Shown here piece after piece: positions 1 to 10,053 of a DNA stretch of 64,000 bases. Where the stretch lies: positions 13,883 through 77,882 of the IMG/VR virus record IMGVR_UViG_3300003543_000059; one strand, 5' to 3'. Within the stretch, counting starts at the first letter, position 1; each line of letters starts with the position of its first letter. The notes under the pieces were generated by a model. The model was not told the origin of the DNA and made no database searches. It worked only from the letters and a program-made list of their open reading frames with translations. Source of the DNA: a virus. The position numbers were made by a program, and so were the translations under genes.

Positions 1-268
1 CACGAACAGTTTTTTTAAGAGCACCACCAAAAGGAGAACAATATATGCACCAAGGAATATCATCTAAAGATTCGTCTAAATCGTCACCAAACATAGGGCA
101 AAAAACTTTCACCCTACCCATTTGTTGGGGGTCATTAGCATCTATAAGCGTACCGATGGTCATACCACCAAATGTAGAATTCGTGAAATGAGTTTCACGC
201 TCTAAATCTCTAGTGATTCTTTTTCTTATAGAGGAAATGTCTCTTATTTTTTTACCTTTTCTTATCAT
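1..268 (-). CDS. Baseplate hub/spike protein, gp5/VgrG-type N-terminal OB fold (partial, runs off the window; not in ORF track)
   Basis: Manual translation from ATG at 268: MIRKGKK...GTLIDANDPQQMGRVKVFCP...DIPWCIYCSPFGG; the DP..GRVKV...PW motif matches gp5-like OB folds; lies downstream of hub and gp53-like genes. Confidence 0.8.
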   Translation of the reverse strand, partial: MIRKGKKIRDISSIRKRITRDLERETHFTNSTFGGMTIGTLIDANDPQQMGRVKVFCPMFGDDLDESLDDIPWCIYCSPFGGALKKTVR

Positions 269-282
269 AATATTATATATCG

Positions 283-2277
283 TTATGCTCTAAGTGTATC
301 TAATCTAGCTTGAGCTGTTTCACCATCAGAAACAACAGGTTTAGCTACCCACGGTTTAACAGTGAAATGTTTTTCGCCATTTATAAGTGTAGTTTTACTG
401 CCATCTTCATTTGTCACAATCGTGTGAACTTGTTCTGTTGTAAATGGTTTTTTCTCTTTAGCGTTAGACGTGGTTCCTTCTTCGATAGAATTTGGCATAC
501 TAATCATTTCTAATTCTTGTGTAAATAATCCACCAGAAAATTCGTTGGCAACGGAGAACACATAATATTTTCCGGTATACCAAAACGGTTCCATTTTAAC
601 AACAACACCATTTTCTTCAATTGGCATCATAATATTTATCTCTATTAACGCTGGCACTTTTTCCCAATGTGGGAATACTGAATTTTCTTCAACCTTCGTA
701 GATTCATTTTTGCCGAACCCTTTAGGAACTTTGTTGATAGAGTTTAATAATGCAGGGTTACCATGAATCTTGACTTTAGATTGTAGGTTTTCCAATGCAG
801 CATGACGGTCTAATAATGATTGAAATTCCGCAGCCTTTTTAGGACTCTTGGTGTTAGCCGTTTCTGGGTTTTTGTTATTCTTCCTATAAAAGATAGGTAA
901 TTTTTTAGGAATATTTTTCTTAGAACCATCAGAATTATCAGGGTCATTAACGTTTATTGGCTTATCGTTAGCCACTTGACTAACTACATCCGTTGGGTGC
1001 TCGGACTGTGCTCGTAAATTATTTCCATTAGTCAATTGTTGAAAGAACACAAACCCCATTTCCATTTTCATAGAATAGTCTATAATGTCTATGTTTTGTC
1101 CAGTATAAATGTAATCAAGTGATAGTGTGTTCTCGTCCAATTGCGCTTGCAATTCAGGGTCGTTACTTTTAGAAGCGTCAAAAATGTTGCTGAACATTAA
1201 TTTTTGGCGTTCAATGTAGTATTTGATGATATATTTATCTTTGTTAGACTTTAATATGGTGCGAATTTTGAACCCATATTTGTCTTTAGTTTTTGTTTCC
1301 CCAGCAGCATCATCTTTTATTTTTTCGCATTTGTTCATGATGGTTTTAATAGCATTTTCTATTGTTATACCTTTACTAAAATCCATTGCCGCCCCAGATG
1401 TAGTAAGACCATCTGAAGTTGTTTGCTGTTGAACATCATCTACGGTATAACCTGTATCAAGCCTATATTCATCTGATAATTCATATTCGTACTCAATAGC
1501 CAAGGGGTCTATACCTTGTGCCTTTAAATCCTGAACAACACTTGAGTAATATTTGTTGTATCGAAAGTTAATCTTTTCAAACAATTTTCCTATAGCACTC
1601 TTCAACAAAGCATCCTTAGTAAGATTCATTTTTACTGTTGAAGTAATATCATTGATTTGAGGCATTTTAGATACCCCATTGTTAATGTTTACAAACTTAA
1701 TATCGTATATAGCACCTTGCACATTGAATTCAGCTTCTAATTCAACTACAGTGAATATCAATGGCGCAATGTTGGTGAAATATTCCGGCTGATTAGCCTT
1801 TTCTTGGTGGTGGTCATTGTAACCAACAAAGATGGTCTTAATCATCCATACACACGAATTGTGGTCACGATTTAACGCTTCATATGTTTGTTTAATGTCA
1901 TTTAAGAATCGAACCCCTTTAGGTTCATTGATTACCATTCCACCTTCAGTAACCATAGCTGTATAATTACCTGAGTTGTTATTACCGCGTTGTCCAGTAA
2001 TTGATTCCCACTTCAATTCGTCAATAGCATAATGAGCATCAGTCATCCCATTAATCATAACTACATAGTTACCTTTAGTAGTTGGGTCTGTTTCCAATCT
2101 TTCGCTAGAATACAACCCATCAACTGAACGCTTAACTACATCGTTAAGTCTGCTAGTTCCTGTTGAATTATCTGCAATGCTTATAGAAGTTGCGGTTTCA
2201 ACGGTATCGCATATAACCAAAATGTGGTGGTATGAATATGTACGAAATTTTGATAATACGTTATATGGTGTGCTCAT
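283..2277 (-). CDS. Putative baseplate hub protein (gp27-like)
   Basis: 664 aa; C-terminal KIHGNP...GKYYVFSVANEFSGGLFTQELEM resembles hub proteins; sits between gp53-like and gp5-like genes. Confidence 0.6.
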   Translation of the reverse strand: MSTPYNVLSKFRTYSYHHILVICDTVETATSISIADNSTGTSRLNDVVKRSVDGLYSSERLETDPTTKGNYVVMINGMTDAHYAIDELKWESITGQRGNNNSGNYTAMVTEGGMVINEPKGVRFLNDIKQTYEALNRDHNSCVWMIKTIFVGYNDHHQEKANQPEYFTNIAPLIFTVVELEAEFNVQGAIYDIKFVNINNGVSKMPQINDITSTVKMNLTKDALLKSAIGKLFEKINFRYNKYYSSVVQDLKAQGIDPLAIEYEYELSDEYRLDTGYTVDDVQQQTTSDGLTTSGAAMDFSKGITIENAIKTIMNKCEKIKDDAAGETKTKDKYGFKIRTILKSNKDKYIIKYYIERQKLMFSNIFDASKSNDPELQAQLDENTLSLDYIYTGQNIDIIDYSMKMEMGFVFFQQLTNGNNLRAQSEHPTDVVSQVANDKPINVNDPDNSDGSKKNIPKKLPIFYRKNNKNPETANTKSPKKAAEFQSLLDRHAALENLQSKVKIHGNPALLNSINKVPKGFGKNESTKVEENSVFPHWEKVPALIEINIMMPIEENGVVVKMEPFWYTGKYYVFSVANEFSGGLFTQELEMISMPNSIEEGTTSNAKEKKPFTTEQVHTIVTNEDGSKTTLINGEKHFTVKPWVAKPVVSDGETAQARLDTLRA

Positions 2278-2615
2278 TATTCTAACTCGCCCCCAGTTTT
2301 TTTATTTGTTATGTCGAATAGCACTCTGCTAGGTGATGGCAATGTTAATACTTTACCAACAACTAACTCTTCTTGAATGTCTACAATGTGATTAGTTTGC
2401 AACACAATCCACGCAAATTCTGATTTACCGTAAATCTCATAAGCTATACGGTCTGGACGTTGGGCAAATCTAGGTAATACTTCAACTTCAATATCATCAT
2501 CTGATGCTTCTATATTGTATCGTTCCCACCATTTAACCTTACCAGCGTTGTTGTAATATGCTAACCCGCCTTGTGTGTATCTTGATGATTTTGCTAATAA
2601 TACGTCACTGTTCAT
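2277..2615 (-). CDS. Baseplate wedge protein, gp53/LysM-like
   Basis: RPDRIAYEIYGKSEFAWIVLQTN...GKVLTLP motif. Confidence 0.8.
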   Translation of the reverse strand: MNSDVLLAKSSRYTQGGLAYYNNAGKVKWWERYNIEASDDDIEVEVLPRFAQRPDRIAYEIYGKSEFAWIVLQTNHIVDIQEELVVGKVLTLPSPSRVLFDITNKKTGGELE

Positions 2616-2624
2616 AATGAATCC

Positions 2625-3287
2625 TTAAAAATGTGAAAGGTTGCCAGCTTTAAAATCTGCCAAACTAAATTTAGAATATTCTTGTGGTGAATGTGATTCC
2701 GTTAACTGAACATCGAGGTTCATAATAACTGGGAATGGTTCACCTGTTGCTAAAGGTATATATGTTATGTCAGATGGGTAGGTGTTGGTCAACTGAGTGA
2801 TAATGATAGGTATCTTATATAGGTTACCAACACGGTCTAACACATCAGGACTTTGGTTCAACGTTGTGCCATCAGCATAAGCTGTTAAATGTAAAACGTC
2901 TGGTGGCGAACCTAACAAGTTTCTAGCTGCTTTAACATTGCTTGCTTCTCTTGACTGTGATGCTGTTTCTTTTGCTGTATATGTTTCAGGAGAACCGCTT
3001 TGTCCAAAGTAAGGCATTGTCCAACTTCTCATAAGCTGTAAATGTCTAGAATTTTTTTCAGCTTCTTCTACCGTTCTGGATATAAATTTTGCTACTAAAG
3101 AGAAAGTTCTAGTTGATGAATTGCCATATGCGTAAATGTTCCCAGGCATGTGGATTAAGTCTAAATTCTTATAATTCACGTTTCTAGTTTCGTTTAATTC
3201 GGGTGTCACATTAAAAACCACCACGTCATTGGGGTTGGCAATTGATGCAATCTTAACCTTATAGCGGTCTTCAGGTAATTCAGCCAT
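2625..3287 (-). CDS. Baseplate/tail-tube initiator-like protein
   Basis: Y.NSSTRTFSL...LRSWTMP...GSPPDVLHLTAY pattern; first gene of the baseplate operon. Confidence 0.55.
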   Translation of the reverse strand: MAELPEDRYKVKIASIANPNDVVVFNVTPELNETRNVNYKNLDLIHMPGNIYAYGNSSTRTFSLVAKFISRTVEEAEKNSRHLQLMRSWTMPYFGQSGSPETYTAKETASQSREASNVKAARNLLGSPPDVLHLTAYADGTTLNQSPDVLDRVGNLYKIPIIITQLTNTYPSDITYIPLATGEPFPVIMNLDVQLTESHSPQEYSKFSLADFKAGNLSHF

Positions 3288-3298
3288 TTTTCCTTCCT

Positions 3299-3320
3299 TA
3301 TAAATATTCTTGTATTTATT
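3299..3320. promoter_or_regulatory. Face-to-face late promoters: TATAAATA (+, 3299-3306) and AATAAATA (-, 3313-3320)
   Basis: T4-type late consensus between the divergent baseplate operon and gp55. Confidence 0.6.
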
Positions 3321-3406
3321 ACAATTGGAACTTTACTAAATTATAATATTCTGATATTCTAATAAAGGTAAAATCCAATAAAAACAATAATAAAGGAAAA
3401 ACATCT

Positions 3407-3937
3407 ATGTCAGATTCTACGAAAGAAGAAAAACCACAAGTAGACCCAACACCTGCCCCACCTAAACGTAAGGGGCGAAAGAAAAACTTTCTTAATAACA
3501 GTGACTTATTAAATGAAACGATATTAAGCCAAGAGCAGGGTAGAATGACAGAAAAATTAGCAACTATGTTGTTAGTTTTGTGTGATAAATATAAAAAATC
3601 AAAACAAGGTGACTTCACCCGTTACACGTTCTTTAACGAAATGAAATCTAATGCCTTAGAAAATTTGGTTAAAAATGCTTGGCGTAAATTTGATGCTGAA
3701 AGGTTTTCAAATGCGTTTGCTTTCTATACCCAATGCGTACATAACTCTTACTTGCAATATCTCACTTATGAAAAACGTCACAGAAATATTCGTGATGCTT
3801 TGTTGGTTTCCCACGGTAAAACACCATCATTCAAATATATGGAAGAACATGCTGAAAAATCTTCTGGCACTTATTCCTCTGATGAAATGGTAGATTCTGG
3901 TGCGGATTTGAATTATGACGGTGCTATGGTAGAATAA
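3407..3937 (+). CDS. gp55: Late transcription sigma factor
   Basis: NFLNNSDLL...F.RYTF..EM...KFD.ERFSNAFAFYTQCVHNSYLQYL; directly upstream of gp47/gp46 as in T4-like phages. Confidence 0.85.
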   Translation: MSDSTKEEKPQVDPTPAPPKRKGRKKNFLNNSDLLNETILSQEQGRMTEKLATMLLVLCDKYKKSKQGDFTRYTFFNEMKSNALENLVKNAWRKFDAERFSNAFAFYTQCVHNSYLQYLTYEKRHRNIRDALLVSHGKTPSFKYMEEHAEKSSGTYSSDEMVDSGADLNYDGAMVE

Positions 3938-3941
3938 CTTC

Positions 3942-3970
3942 TTGACAATTCAATGACACTACACTATTAT
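3942..3970 (+). promoter_or_regulatory. Sigma70-like promoter TTGACA-17 nt-TATTAT
   Basis: Consensus -35 with canonical spacing, upstream of the gp47 operon. Confidence 0.55.
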
Positions 3971-4000
3971 GCAGTTTAAAATTGTTAACGGTGGGGTGTT

Positions 4001-4138
4001 ATGAATCTGAGTGTTGGAACAGGAATAGCTATAGTTAGTATGTGGGCATTGCCTGTAGCTTGTAGTGTAATCATGAAAAACATGCGAAGACTATGGGTTA
4101 AATACGCATGGGACAAAGCGAGAACTATTAAAGAATGA
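4001..4138 (+). CDS. Small membrane protein (45 aa, not in ORF track)
   Basis: MNLSVGTGIAIVSMWALPVACSVIMK...; GGGG RBS; ATGA overlap with gp47. Confidence 0.55.
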   Translation: MNLSVGTGIAIVSMWALPVACSVIMKNMRRLWVKYAWDKARTIKE

Positions 4139-5208
4139 AAATGTTTGACAAATGCGCTATGTTTACTGATATACATTTTGGTAGACGTAATAACAGTGAA
4201 GCGCACAATAAGGACTGTTTAAATTTTGTAGAATGGTTTTGTGAACAGGTCAAAAATGACCCCACGATTGACCATATTATGTTCTTAGGTGATTGGTTTG
4301 AAACTCGTAGTGCTATCGACCAAGAAACCATTAACTACTCTCAGAAAGCGTTTGACTTGCTTGAAGCACTTGAAATGCCCATCTACATGTTAGTAGGTAA
4401 TCATGATTTGTATCGTAAATTTTCTAGGGATATTAACTCGTCTAACATCTTTAAAGAATACAACAATCTTATCATCATTCAGGAGCCTGAAGTTCGACCG
4501 GAACTTCATGATTCATTCTTGACACCATTTTTGTTCAGCCATGAATTTGAAGAAGTTGTTAAATACAGTAAGTACAAGACGTGGTTTGGTCATTTGGAAC
4601 TGAACGACTTTTACATTACAGGGTATTACAATGTTAAAATGGAACACGGAGCAGACCCGAAACTCTTTAAAGATGTCGATAGGATATTTACTGGACACTA
4701 TCATCGTAGGCAGTCTTACAATAATATTCACTATATTGGTTCTCCATTTGGCTTCGATTTTAGTGATATAGACGATTTCGACAAAGGTATGGCTACTTTC
4801 AGCCACATTACCGAAGTAACAGAATATTTCAATTATGAAGAAGGTGCCAAGTTCACCCAAATCAAACTAACCAAACTCTTAACAGATTTAAAAGCTGGAA
4901 CTCTCAAATACCCTAACAATATTTCGATACGTTGTGTGTTGGACATGGTGTTGGATTATGAGAAACATATGACAGTTAAAGACCTGATTATGAAGTCTTT
5001 TGATGTTAGAGAGTTAAAGTTTGATGACCCTATCGAACTAAGACAATCATTGATGAACGCTGACACCGAAGAAGTTGATATTCTTATGGAAAACGAAGAC
5101 GGTGAATTGCCAGAACTTAAAGAATTGGTTATAATCATGTTAGCTAAAATTGACACCGATAAAATTGACAATGACCTGTTGGTGAAACTATATAAAGAAA
5201 TAACATAA
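4135..5208 (+). CDS. gp47: Recombination endonuclease subunit (Mre11/SbcD-like)
   Basis: Metallophosphoesterase motifs DIHFG, GDWF, GNHD, GHYH. Confidence 0.93.
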   Translation: MKMFDKCAMFTDIHFGRRNNSEAHNKDCLNFVEWFCEQVKNDPTIDHIMFLGDWFETRSAIDQETINYSQKAFDLLEALEMPIYMLVGNHDLYRKFSRDINSSNIFKEYNNLIIIQEPEVRPELHDSFLTPFLFSHEFEEVVKYSKYKTWFGHLELNDFYITGYYNVKMEHGADPKLFKDVDRIFTGHYHRRQSYNNIHYIGSPFGFDFSDIDDFDKGMATFSHITEVTEYFNYEEGAKFTQIKLTKLLTDLKAGTLKYPNNISIRCVLDMVLDYEKHMTVKDLIMKSFDVRELKFDDPIELRQSLMNADTEEVDILMENEDGELPELKELVIIMLAKIDTDKIDNDLLVKLYKEIT

Positions 5209-5438
5209 TGGAAGAATTAGAAAAAATTGCTGACTATCTTTGTGGATATGTGGTAGAATCTAATTCTATTCGTGTTGATACTGGTGACCGTACCAGTAAA
5301 GAAAACTACGATGACTTATTGGATTTAGAATCTGATATTGGTCATTTAATGGTAGAATGGGATGTTGTCGATAAATGGGCTGACCATGATACCCAAATTA
5401 TAACGTTTCAAAAGGTTAAGAAAAATGGCAAGATTTAA
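5208..5438 (+). CDS. Hypothetical protein
   Basis: Translationally coupled ORF between gp47 and gp46. Confidence 0.6.
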   Translation: MEELEKIADYLCGYVVESNSIRVDTGDRTSKENYDDLLDLESDIGHLMVEWDVVDKWADHDTQIITFQKVKKNGKI

Positions 5439-5625
5439 AGTGAAAGGCGAAGGTTTCGGTGGATTTATGGCGTGGGTGTTTGGCGTGTTATTATCGTTTG
5501 CGGCTATCTACGCCTTCTATTGGGTATTCAAATCATTCAGCTATTGGTTGTTCTATGAAGACATGGTGCAAGACACAGTAAAAGAAATGCTTGGGCGTTA
5601 TGTTAAACCTGAATCATTAAAATAA
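5425..5625 (+). CDS. Small membrane protein
   Basis: One hydrophobic helix; coupled ORF. Confidence 0.6.
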   Translation: MARFKVKGEGFGGFMAWVFGVLLSFAAIYAFYWVFKSFSYWLFYEDMVQDTVKEMLGRYVKPESLK

Positions 5626-5626
5626 C

Positions 5627-5812
5627 ATGGAAAATATCTGGAATCGTTTAGACCTACTCGCTGGTGCTCAACTCTCTCATTTTCGCTATCTCGACTTCGA
5701 AAGATACAAACAAGAGTTGATAGAGCGTGATGTTAATTATACCCAAGAAGGTGAAATCTTATTAGAGAAATTCATTTGGGGCGAAGCTTACGAAACACAT
5801 CATAATGATTAA
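5627..5812 (+). CDS. Hypothetical protein
   Basis: Coupled ORF. Confidence 0.55.
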   Translation: MENIWNRLDLLAGAQLSHFRYLDFERYKQELIERDVNYTQEGEILLEKFIWGEAYETHHND

Positions 5813-7556
5813 TTTTCTATCTGTAGATTTTAAAAACTTTCAAAGTTATGGTAATGCTGTTACTAGTTTCACTTTTAATAGTGATGGCACCAATCTTATC
5901 AATGGCGAAAATGGTGCTGGTAAATCCTCCATCATTTCAGCATTGGTGTATGGTTGCTATGGTAAATCCACCGAAGGGCTTAAAGACAACGACTTAATCA
6001 ACAATATCAACGGTAAAAATATGGAAGTTACTGTTATATTTGAGAAAGGTGGGACGTATTACAAAGTCTATCGCGGTAGAAAGACCAAAGATGGTGACCA
6101 AGTTCGTCTATGGGAAAATGATGTTAATGATTTTCCCAGTACAGAGGTTTTCAACGATAAGAATGAAAAAACACTGGTTCCTGCCAAGTTTACGAACGAT
6201 AAGGTTGAACGTATCATTAACATTTCCTATGAGTTGTTCATTAGAATCGTGGTGTTTTCTGCTAATAGCAAACCGTTCTTTGAACTAACACCTCGCACTG
6301 GAGCGGCAAACCAATCAGACATCATTGAAGAACTTTTCGAAATCACTGAGTTGGCTGCAAATGCTGACAAGCTTAAAGATAAGACCAAAGAAACTGACAC
6401 AGCTTTACAGGTTGAAATGTCAAAGTCTGAAATGGTGGTCAAAGAACTTGAACGTTATAAAATTCAAATCACCAACATTGAAACGCGTATAGCAAAATGG
6501 GATGTCGATACTAAAGACACAATATCTAAGCTTAAAAAAGCTTTAGGTAAAGTTGAAGATGTTTCATTAGAAGATGAAAAGGGTTTTCATAAACAACGTG
6601 ATGATTTACAAAAAGAAATCAATGATGTTGAAGGTAAAATTAAAACTTTGAAAAGTCATATTCGAGATGAACTGTGTAGTAAGCTTAAACTTATCAATGA
6701 GTTAGAGCATCTTAATAATGCTGAATGTCCGTATTGTTTTCAAAAGTTTGAGGCACCGGAAAAGATTGAATCGTGTGGTGCGTCGATTAAGACACATGAC
6801 GAAACTATAGCTCTCACTGATGAAGCCAAAAGCAAGCTTGATGATGAACTTCGTGATTATCTAACCAACATGGATTTGATTACAGATTCCATAACGATTG
6901 ATAACTTAGAAGAATTGTTAGCTATTCAGAATCAGAAAGAAGTGATACTGGACAAAATTGATGATTTGAAACAATCTGTGAACCCACACAACGAATCATT
7001 AACCGAGTTGAAGGATTCACCTGTTAAATCGCATGATATGAGCCTTATCAATGACTTAACTACGAGAAAGGAACATCAAAAATTCTTGTATAAATTGTTG
7101 ACAGATAAGAATAGCTTTATTCGTAAAACTTTACTAAATAAACATCTACCGTATCTTAATGAAAGGTTGTATTACTATCTAACTGAGATGAATTTACCGC
7201 ATACGGTGGAATTTGGGCAAGATTTAAGCGCAGTAATAACAAAGTATGGCAAGACTCTTAACTTTAAGAGTTTGTCCACTGGTCAACGTTCTCGTGTGAA
7301 TTTGGCGTTATCATTTGCTTTCCGTGATATATTGCAGAAAATTTATGGTATGATTAACATTTACATTCTGGACGAAGTGTTAGACCGTGGCTTAGATAGT
7401 GAAGGTGTGGAATTAGCTGCAAAGCTATTGAAACGTAAAGGGGTTGAAGAAGATGTATCGATTTACATCATTACACATCGTAATGAGCTAGATAACTTCT
7501 TCGACAATATTATAACAGTAGAAATGGATAACAATTTTTCAAGGATTAAAGAATGA
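5805..7556 (+). CDS. gp46: Recombination ATPase subunit (Rad50/SbcC-like)
   Basis: Walker A GENGAGKS, CPYC zinc hook, signature LSTGQ, Walker B ILDE. Confidence 0.95.
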   Translation: MINFLSVDFKNFQSYGNAVTSFTFNSDGTNLINGENGAGKSSIISALVYGCYGKSTEGLKDNDLINNINGKNMEVTVIFEKGGTYYKVYRGRKTKDGDQVRLWENDVNDFPSTEVFNDKNEKTLVPAKFTNDKVERIINISYELFIRIVVFSANSKPFFELTPRTGAANQSDIIEELFEITELAANADKLKDKTKETDTALQVEMSKSEMVVKELERYKIQITNIETRIAKWDVDTKDTISKLKKALGKVEDVSLEDEKGFHKQRDDLQKEINDVEGKIKTLKSHIRDELCSKLKLINELEHLNNAECPYCFQKFEAPEKIESCGASIKTHDETIALTDEAKSKLDDELRDYLTNMDLITDSITIDNLEELLAIQNQKEVILDKIDDLKQSVNPHNESLTELKDSPVKSHDMSLINDLTTRKEHQKFLYKLLTDKNSFIRKTLLNKHLPYLNERLYYYLTEMNLPHTVEFGQDLSAVITKYGKTLNFKSLSTGQRSRVNLALSFAFRDILQKIYGMINIYILDEVLDRGLDSEGVELAAKLLKRKGVEEDVSIYIITHRNELDNFFDNIITVEMDNNFSRIKE

Positions 7557-7752
7557 TACGATTCGTAAGTAAGATTTTACCAGCAAAATTAGTAATGGAA
7601 TTGGAATGTGCTGCTAGTGATAGGGGTATGACTATAGTAGATTTTTTGTGGTTTGTTATAAACAAGCATGACGAGAATACTTTATAGCAGGTACCAGTTT
7701 GCCGCTACGAAGCTTTTTGCCGCCCAAAAACGCTCATAACTAATTGATTTAT

Positions 7753-7986
7753 ATGTCAGAAAAGAGAAAACCAACATACACACTGTTGCTCAAAAAAGAG
7801 GGCAACACAAAATCCGATAAATTGGAGCTTTTTGATAAGTTTTTGTACCCAGAATTTAAGAATAGAGGTGGTGTTTGGCGGCTTCGTGTTAATGGTAAAT
7901 GGTTTCCCGCAAATGCGAAAGAACCTAGATTTTTTACAGGAACAGAAGTTCGGAATATGTTCTTTAGGCAGATAATGTTATGGTAG
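7753..7986 (+). CDS. Hypothetical protein
   Basis: ORF, likely start MSEKRKP. Confidence 0.55.
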   Translation: MSEKRKPTYTLLLKKEGNTKSDKLELFDKFLYPEFKNRGGVWRLRVNGKWFPANAKEPRFFTGTEVRNMFFRQIMLW

Positions 7987-8240
7987 TTAATATTAAAGAT
8001 GATGAATGCGACATTTACATAGGTCGTGGTTCAAAGTGGGGTAATCCTTTTCGCATTAATATTGATGGTAATCGTGAAGAAGTTTTAGCCTTATATGAAA
8101 TGTGGCTTATGAACAACCCAGAATTAATGACAGATTTACCTGAGTTAGAAGGTAAGATATTGGGGTGCCACTGTAAGCCTAAAGCTTGTCATGGTGATAT
8201 TATTGAACAACTAATAGAAGTAAAAAAATATGTTGACTGA
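7980..8240 (+). CDS. DUF4326-family protein
   Basis: IYIGRGSKWGNPF...LGCHCKPKACHGDI signature. Confidence 0.88.
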   Translation: MVVNIKDDECDIYIGRGSKWGNPFRINIDGNREEVLALYEMWLMNNPELMTDLPELEGKILGCHCKPKACHGDIIEQLIEVKKYVD

Positions 8241-8583
8241 TTTTGAAACAGGGTTTAACGATGAAACCTCTTATATGGATTATCTAAGAACTTACCCTAG
8301 AGATGGTAAGCACCTAATACTGCATACAGATTTACCGTGTAGTATCACAAAAGGTTCCGACCCTTTCTGGTTTCGTGACGATAAAAATATAGACCGCGAA
8401 AGTAAAACACAATTCTGGTATGTTAGTTTTGATTTGATGCCATATAATATCCCTATAAAGGCATTTCTGACTGTAGAGAATGCTTATAAGTATGCTCTAT
8501 CGTGCTACATTAACTATCTAGATGTTGAATCCAAACGTTGTCATGATATTCTAATCAATCTGAATCTCCCACCAAAGGAGTGA
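8230..8583 (+). CDS. Hypothetical protein
   Basis: Coupled ORF. Confidence 0.6.
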   Translation: MLTDFETGFNDETSYMDYLRTYPRDGKHLILHTDLPCSITKGSDPFWFRDDKNIDRESKTQFWYVSFDLMPYNIPIKAFLTVENAYKYALSCYINYLDVESKRCHDILINLNLPPKE

Positions 8584-8630
8584 TTTTTAAGCTTTATAAA
8601 TAGTTGAAAAACTATGATAAGGCTTAAAAA
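8584..8630 (+). promoter_or_regulatory. Late promoter TATAAATA (8595-8602) inside an RBS-sequestering hairpin
   Basis: Arms TTTTTAAGCTTTAT (8584-8597) and ATAAGGCTTAAAAA (8617-8630); ATG at 8631. Confidence 0.75.
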
Positions 8631-9110
8631 ATGTATAAAATTACTATGGGGATTGACCAATCTTTTTCTTGCACTGGTATTGTTGTTTTTGATGGCAATG
8701 ATTATATGATTCATCATCAAACTATTAAGACTAAAAAAGAAGAAGGTTCTATATTTAAACGAAGTCTAATAATAACTAATAATATTATAGATTTAATTAA
8801 ATTATATGGCGTAGACCGAATTAATATTGAAGGATTAGCATTTGGGAATATGCCAGGTAATGCTACTAGAGATTTAGCGTGTTTACAAGGCGTGATAATA
8901 ACTAAAATATTAGATGTATTGGGTAAAGAATGTAATATTATACCGCCTAAAACTGTTAAAAAAATAGCTACTGGTAATGGTAATGCCTCAAAAAGTGATA
9001 TGATAGCATCATTACCAGAAAAAATATTAGAAGAGTTTAAATTAAAAGGGTACCGTAAAACCACAGGCATGGCTGATGTGACAGATGCTTTTTTTATTGG
9101 TAAATTTTAA
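8631..9110 (+). CDS. ruvC: RuvC-like Holliday junction resolvase
   Basis: MGIDQS..CTG, IEG, KK.ATGNGNASK, D..DA catalytic pattern. Confidence 0.88.
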   Translation: MYKITMGIDQSFSCTGIVVFDGNDYMIHHQTIKTKKEEGSIFKRSLIITNNIIDLIKLYGVDRINIEGLAFGNMPGNATRDLACLQGVIITKILDVLGKECNIIPPKTVKKIATGNGNASKSDMIASLPEKILEEFKLKGYRKTTGMADVTDAFFIGKF

Positions 9111-9271
9111 TGTGTGTATTTAAAAGCGTACTTGGGGTCTTTTTTCATAATCTGTTCGTATGGTGTCATTTCTTTAGGTTCGTGTTGGTGCCAACCCCAC
9201 ACTTGTTGTGGTGATATTTTGTCGAAACCATGAAGGCTTTCTCTGTCTGCGTGTAAACGATATAAGTCCAT
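9107..9271 (-). CDS. Short paralog of the helical-repeat family (54 aa, not in ORF track)
   Basis: MDLYRLHADRESLHGF...PYEQIMKKDPKYAFKYTH aligns with the 9318, 9600 and 10506 ORFs; CATAAATA on the minus strand at 9299-9306. Confidence 0.65.
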   Translation of the reverse strand: MDLYRLHADRESLHGFDKISPQQVWGWHQHEPKEMTPYEQIMKKDPKYAFKYTH

Positions 9272-9317
9272 TCTTTCAACCTTTTATAAATATTACTATA
9301 TTTATGAGAAACGACAA

Positions 9318-9606
9318 ATGAACTTTTTAAAACTACATAATGAACCGGAAAAATTAGCTGGCTATGAAGAGTTGTTAAATAATGCTACTTTTATATGGAC
9401 AGAGCTTACTGATATGGATAGCGCAGATTATGATGAATATTTTGCTGATACCACAGTTCTTGAACCATATGAACATGTTTTAGCGAAAGACCCTTATTAT
9501 GTGTATATGTATGCGCATTATGTATTGGATGCTCAGTTTCCTGAAGGGTGAAGATGCTATAGCAAAAACTTTGTTTGCAAAACAATATAGAGAAGACCAA
9601 TGGTAG
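9318..9606 (+). pseudogene. Helical-repeat family paralog with a 1-nt frameshift at ~9546
   Basis: CCTGAAGGGTGAAGAT versus paralog CCTGAAGGTGAAGCC; removing one G restores FPEGEDAIAK...W*. Confidence 0.6.
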
Positions 9607-10052
9607 ATGAAGAAGAATTAAACCTATATAGATATTACAGTAAACCACAAGATTTGTATGAGTTTGAAGATACACTTACTGCTAAATTTTTTGAATGGTA
9701 TGATGGATTTGATGAAAACGATTATGATGGTACGTATGAAGAAATTACAGAATCTCCACGATTAGCTTTTTTGTTTGTTAAACGTATGATAGGTAGACCG
9801 TTTCCCGCATTGGAAAGTGTTATAGCTAAAGACGCTAAATATGCGTATCAGTATGCACAAAATATATTAGATGCCCCGTTTCCTGAAGGTGAAGCCGCCA
9901 TTGCTAAAGATGCGAATCAATCGTATTTCTATTCTACTGCTGTCTTGGGTGAACCTTTCATCAAAGGCGAAGAAGCCATAAAGAAAAGCAAAGCGTGGAG
10001 CAATCATTATTATAGGAAATACCCAAACAGGGATTATTTAGGAAGGAAATAA
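9600..10052 (+). CDS. Helical-repeat protein (AKD..YAY.YA..L..PFPEGE.AI repeats)
   Basis: About three internal repeats; paralogous to neighbours. Confidence 0.75.
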   Translation: MVDEEELNLYRYYSKPQDLYEFEDTLTAKFFEWYDGFDENDYDGTYEEITESPRLAFLFVKRMIGRPFPALESVIAKDAKYAYQYAQNILDAPFPEGEAAIAKDANQSYFYSTAVLGEPFIKGEEAIKKSKAWSNHYYRKYPNRDYLGRK

Positions 10053-10053
10053 A

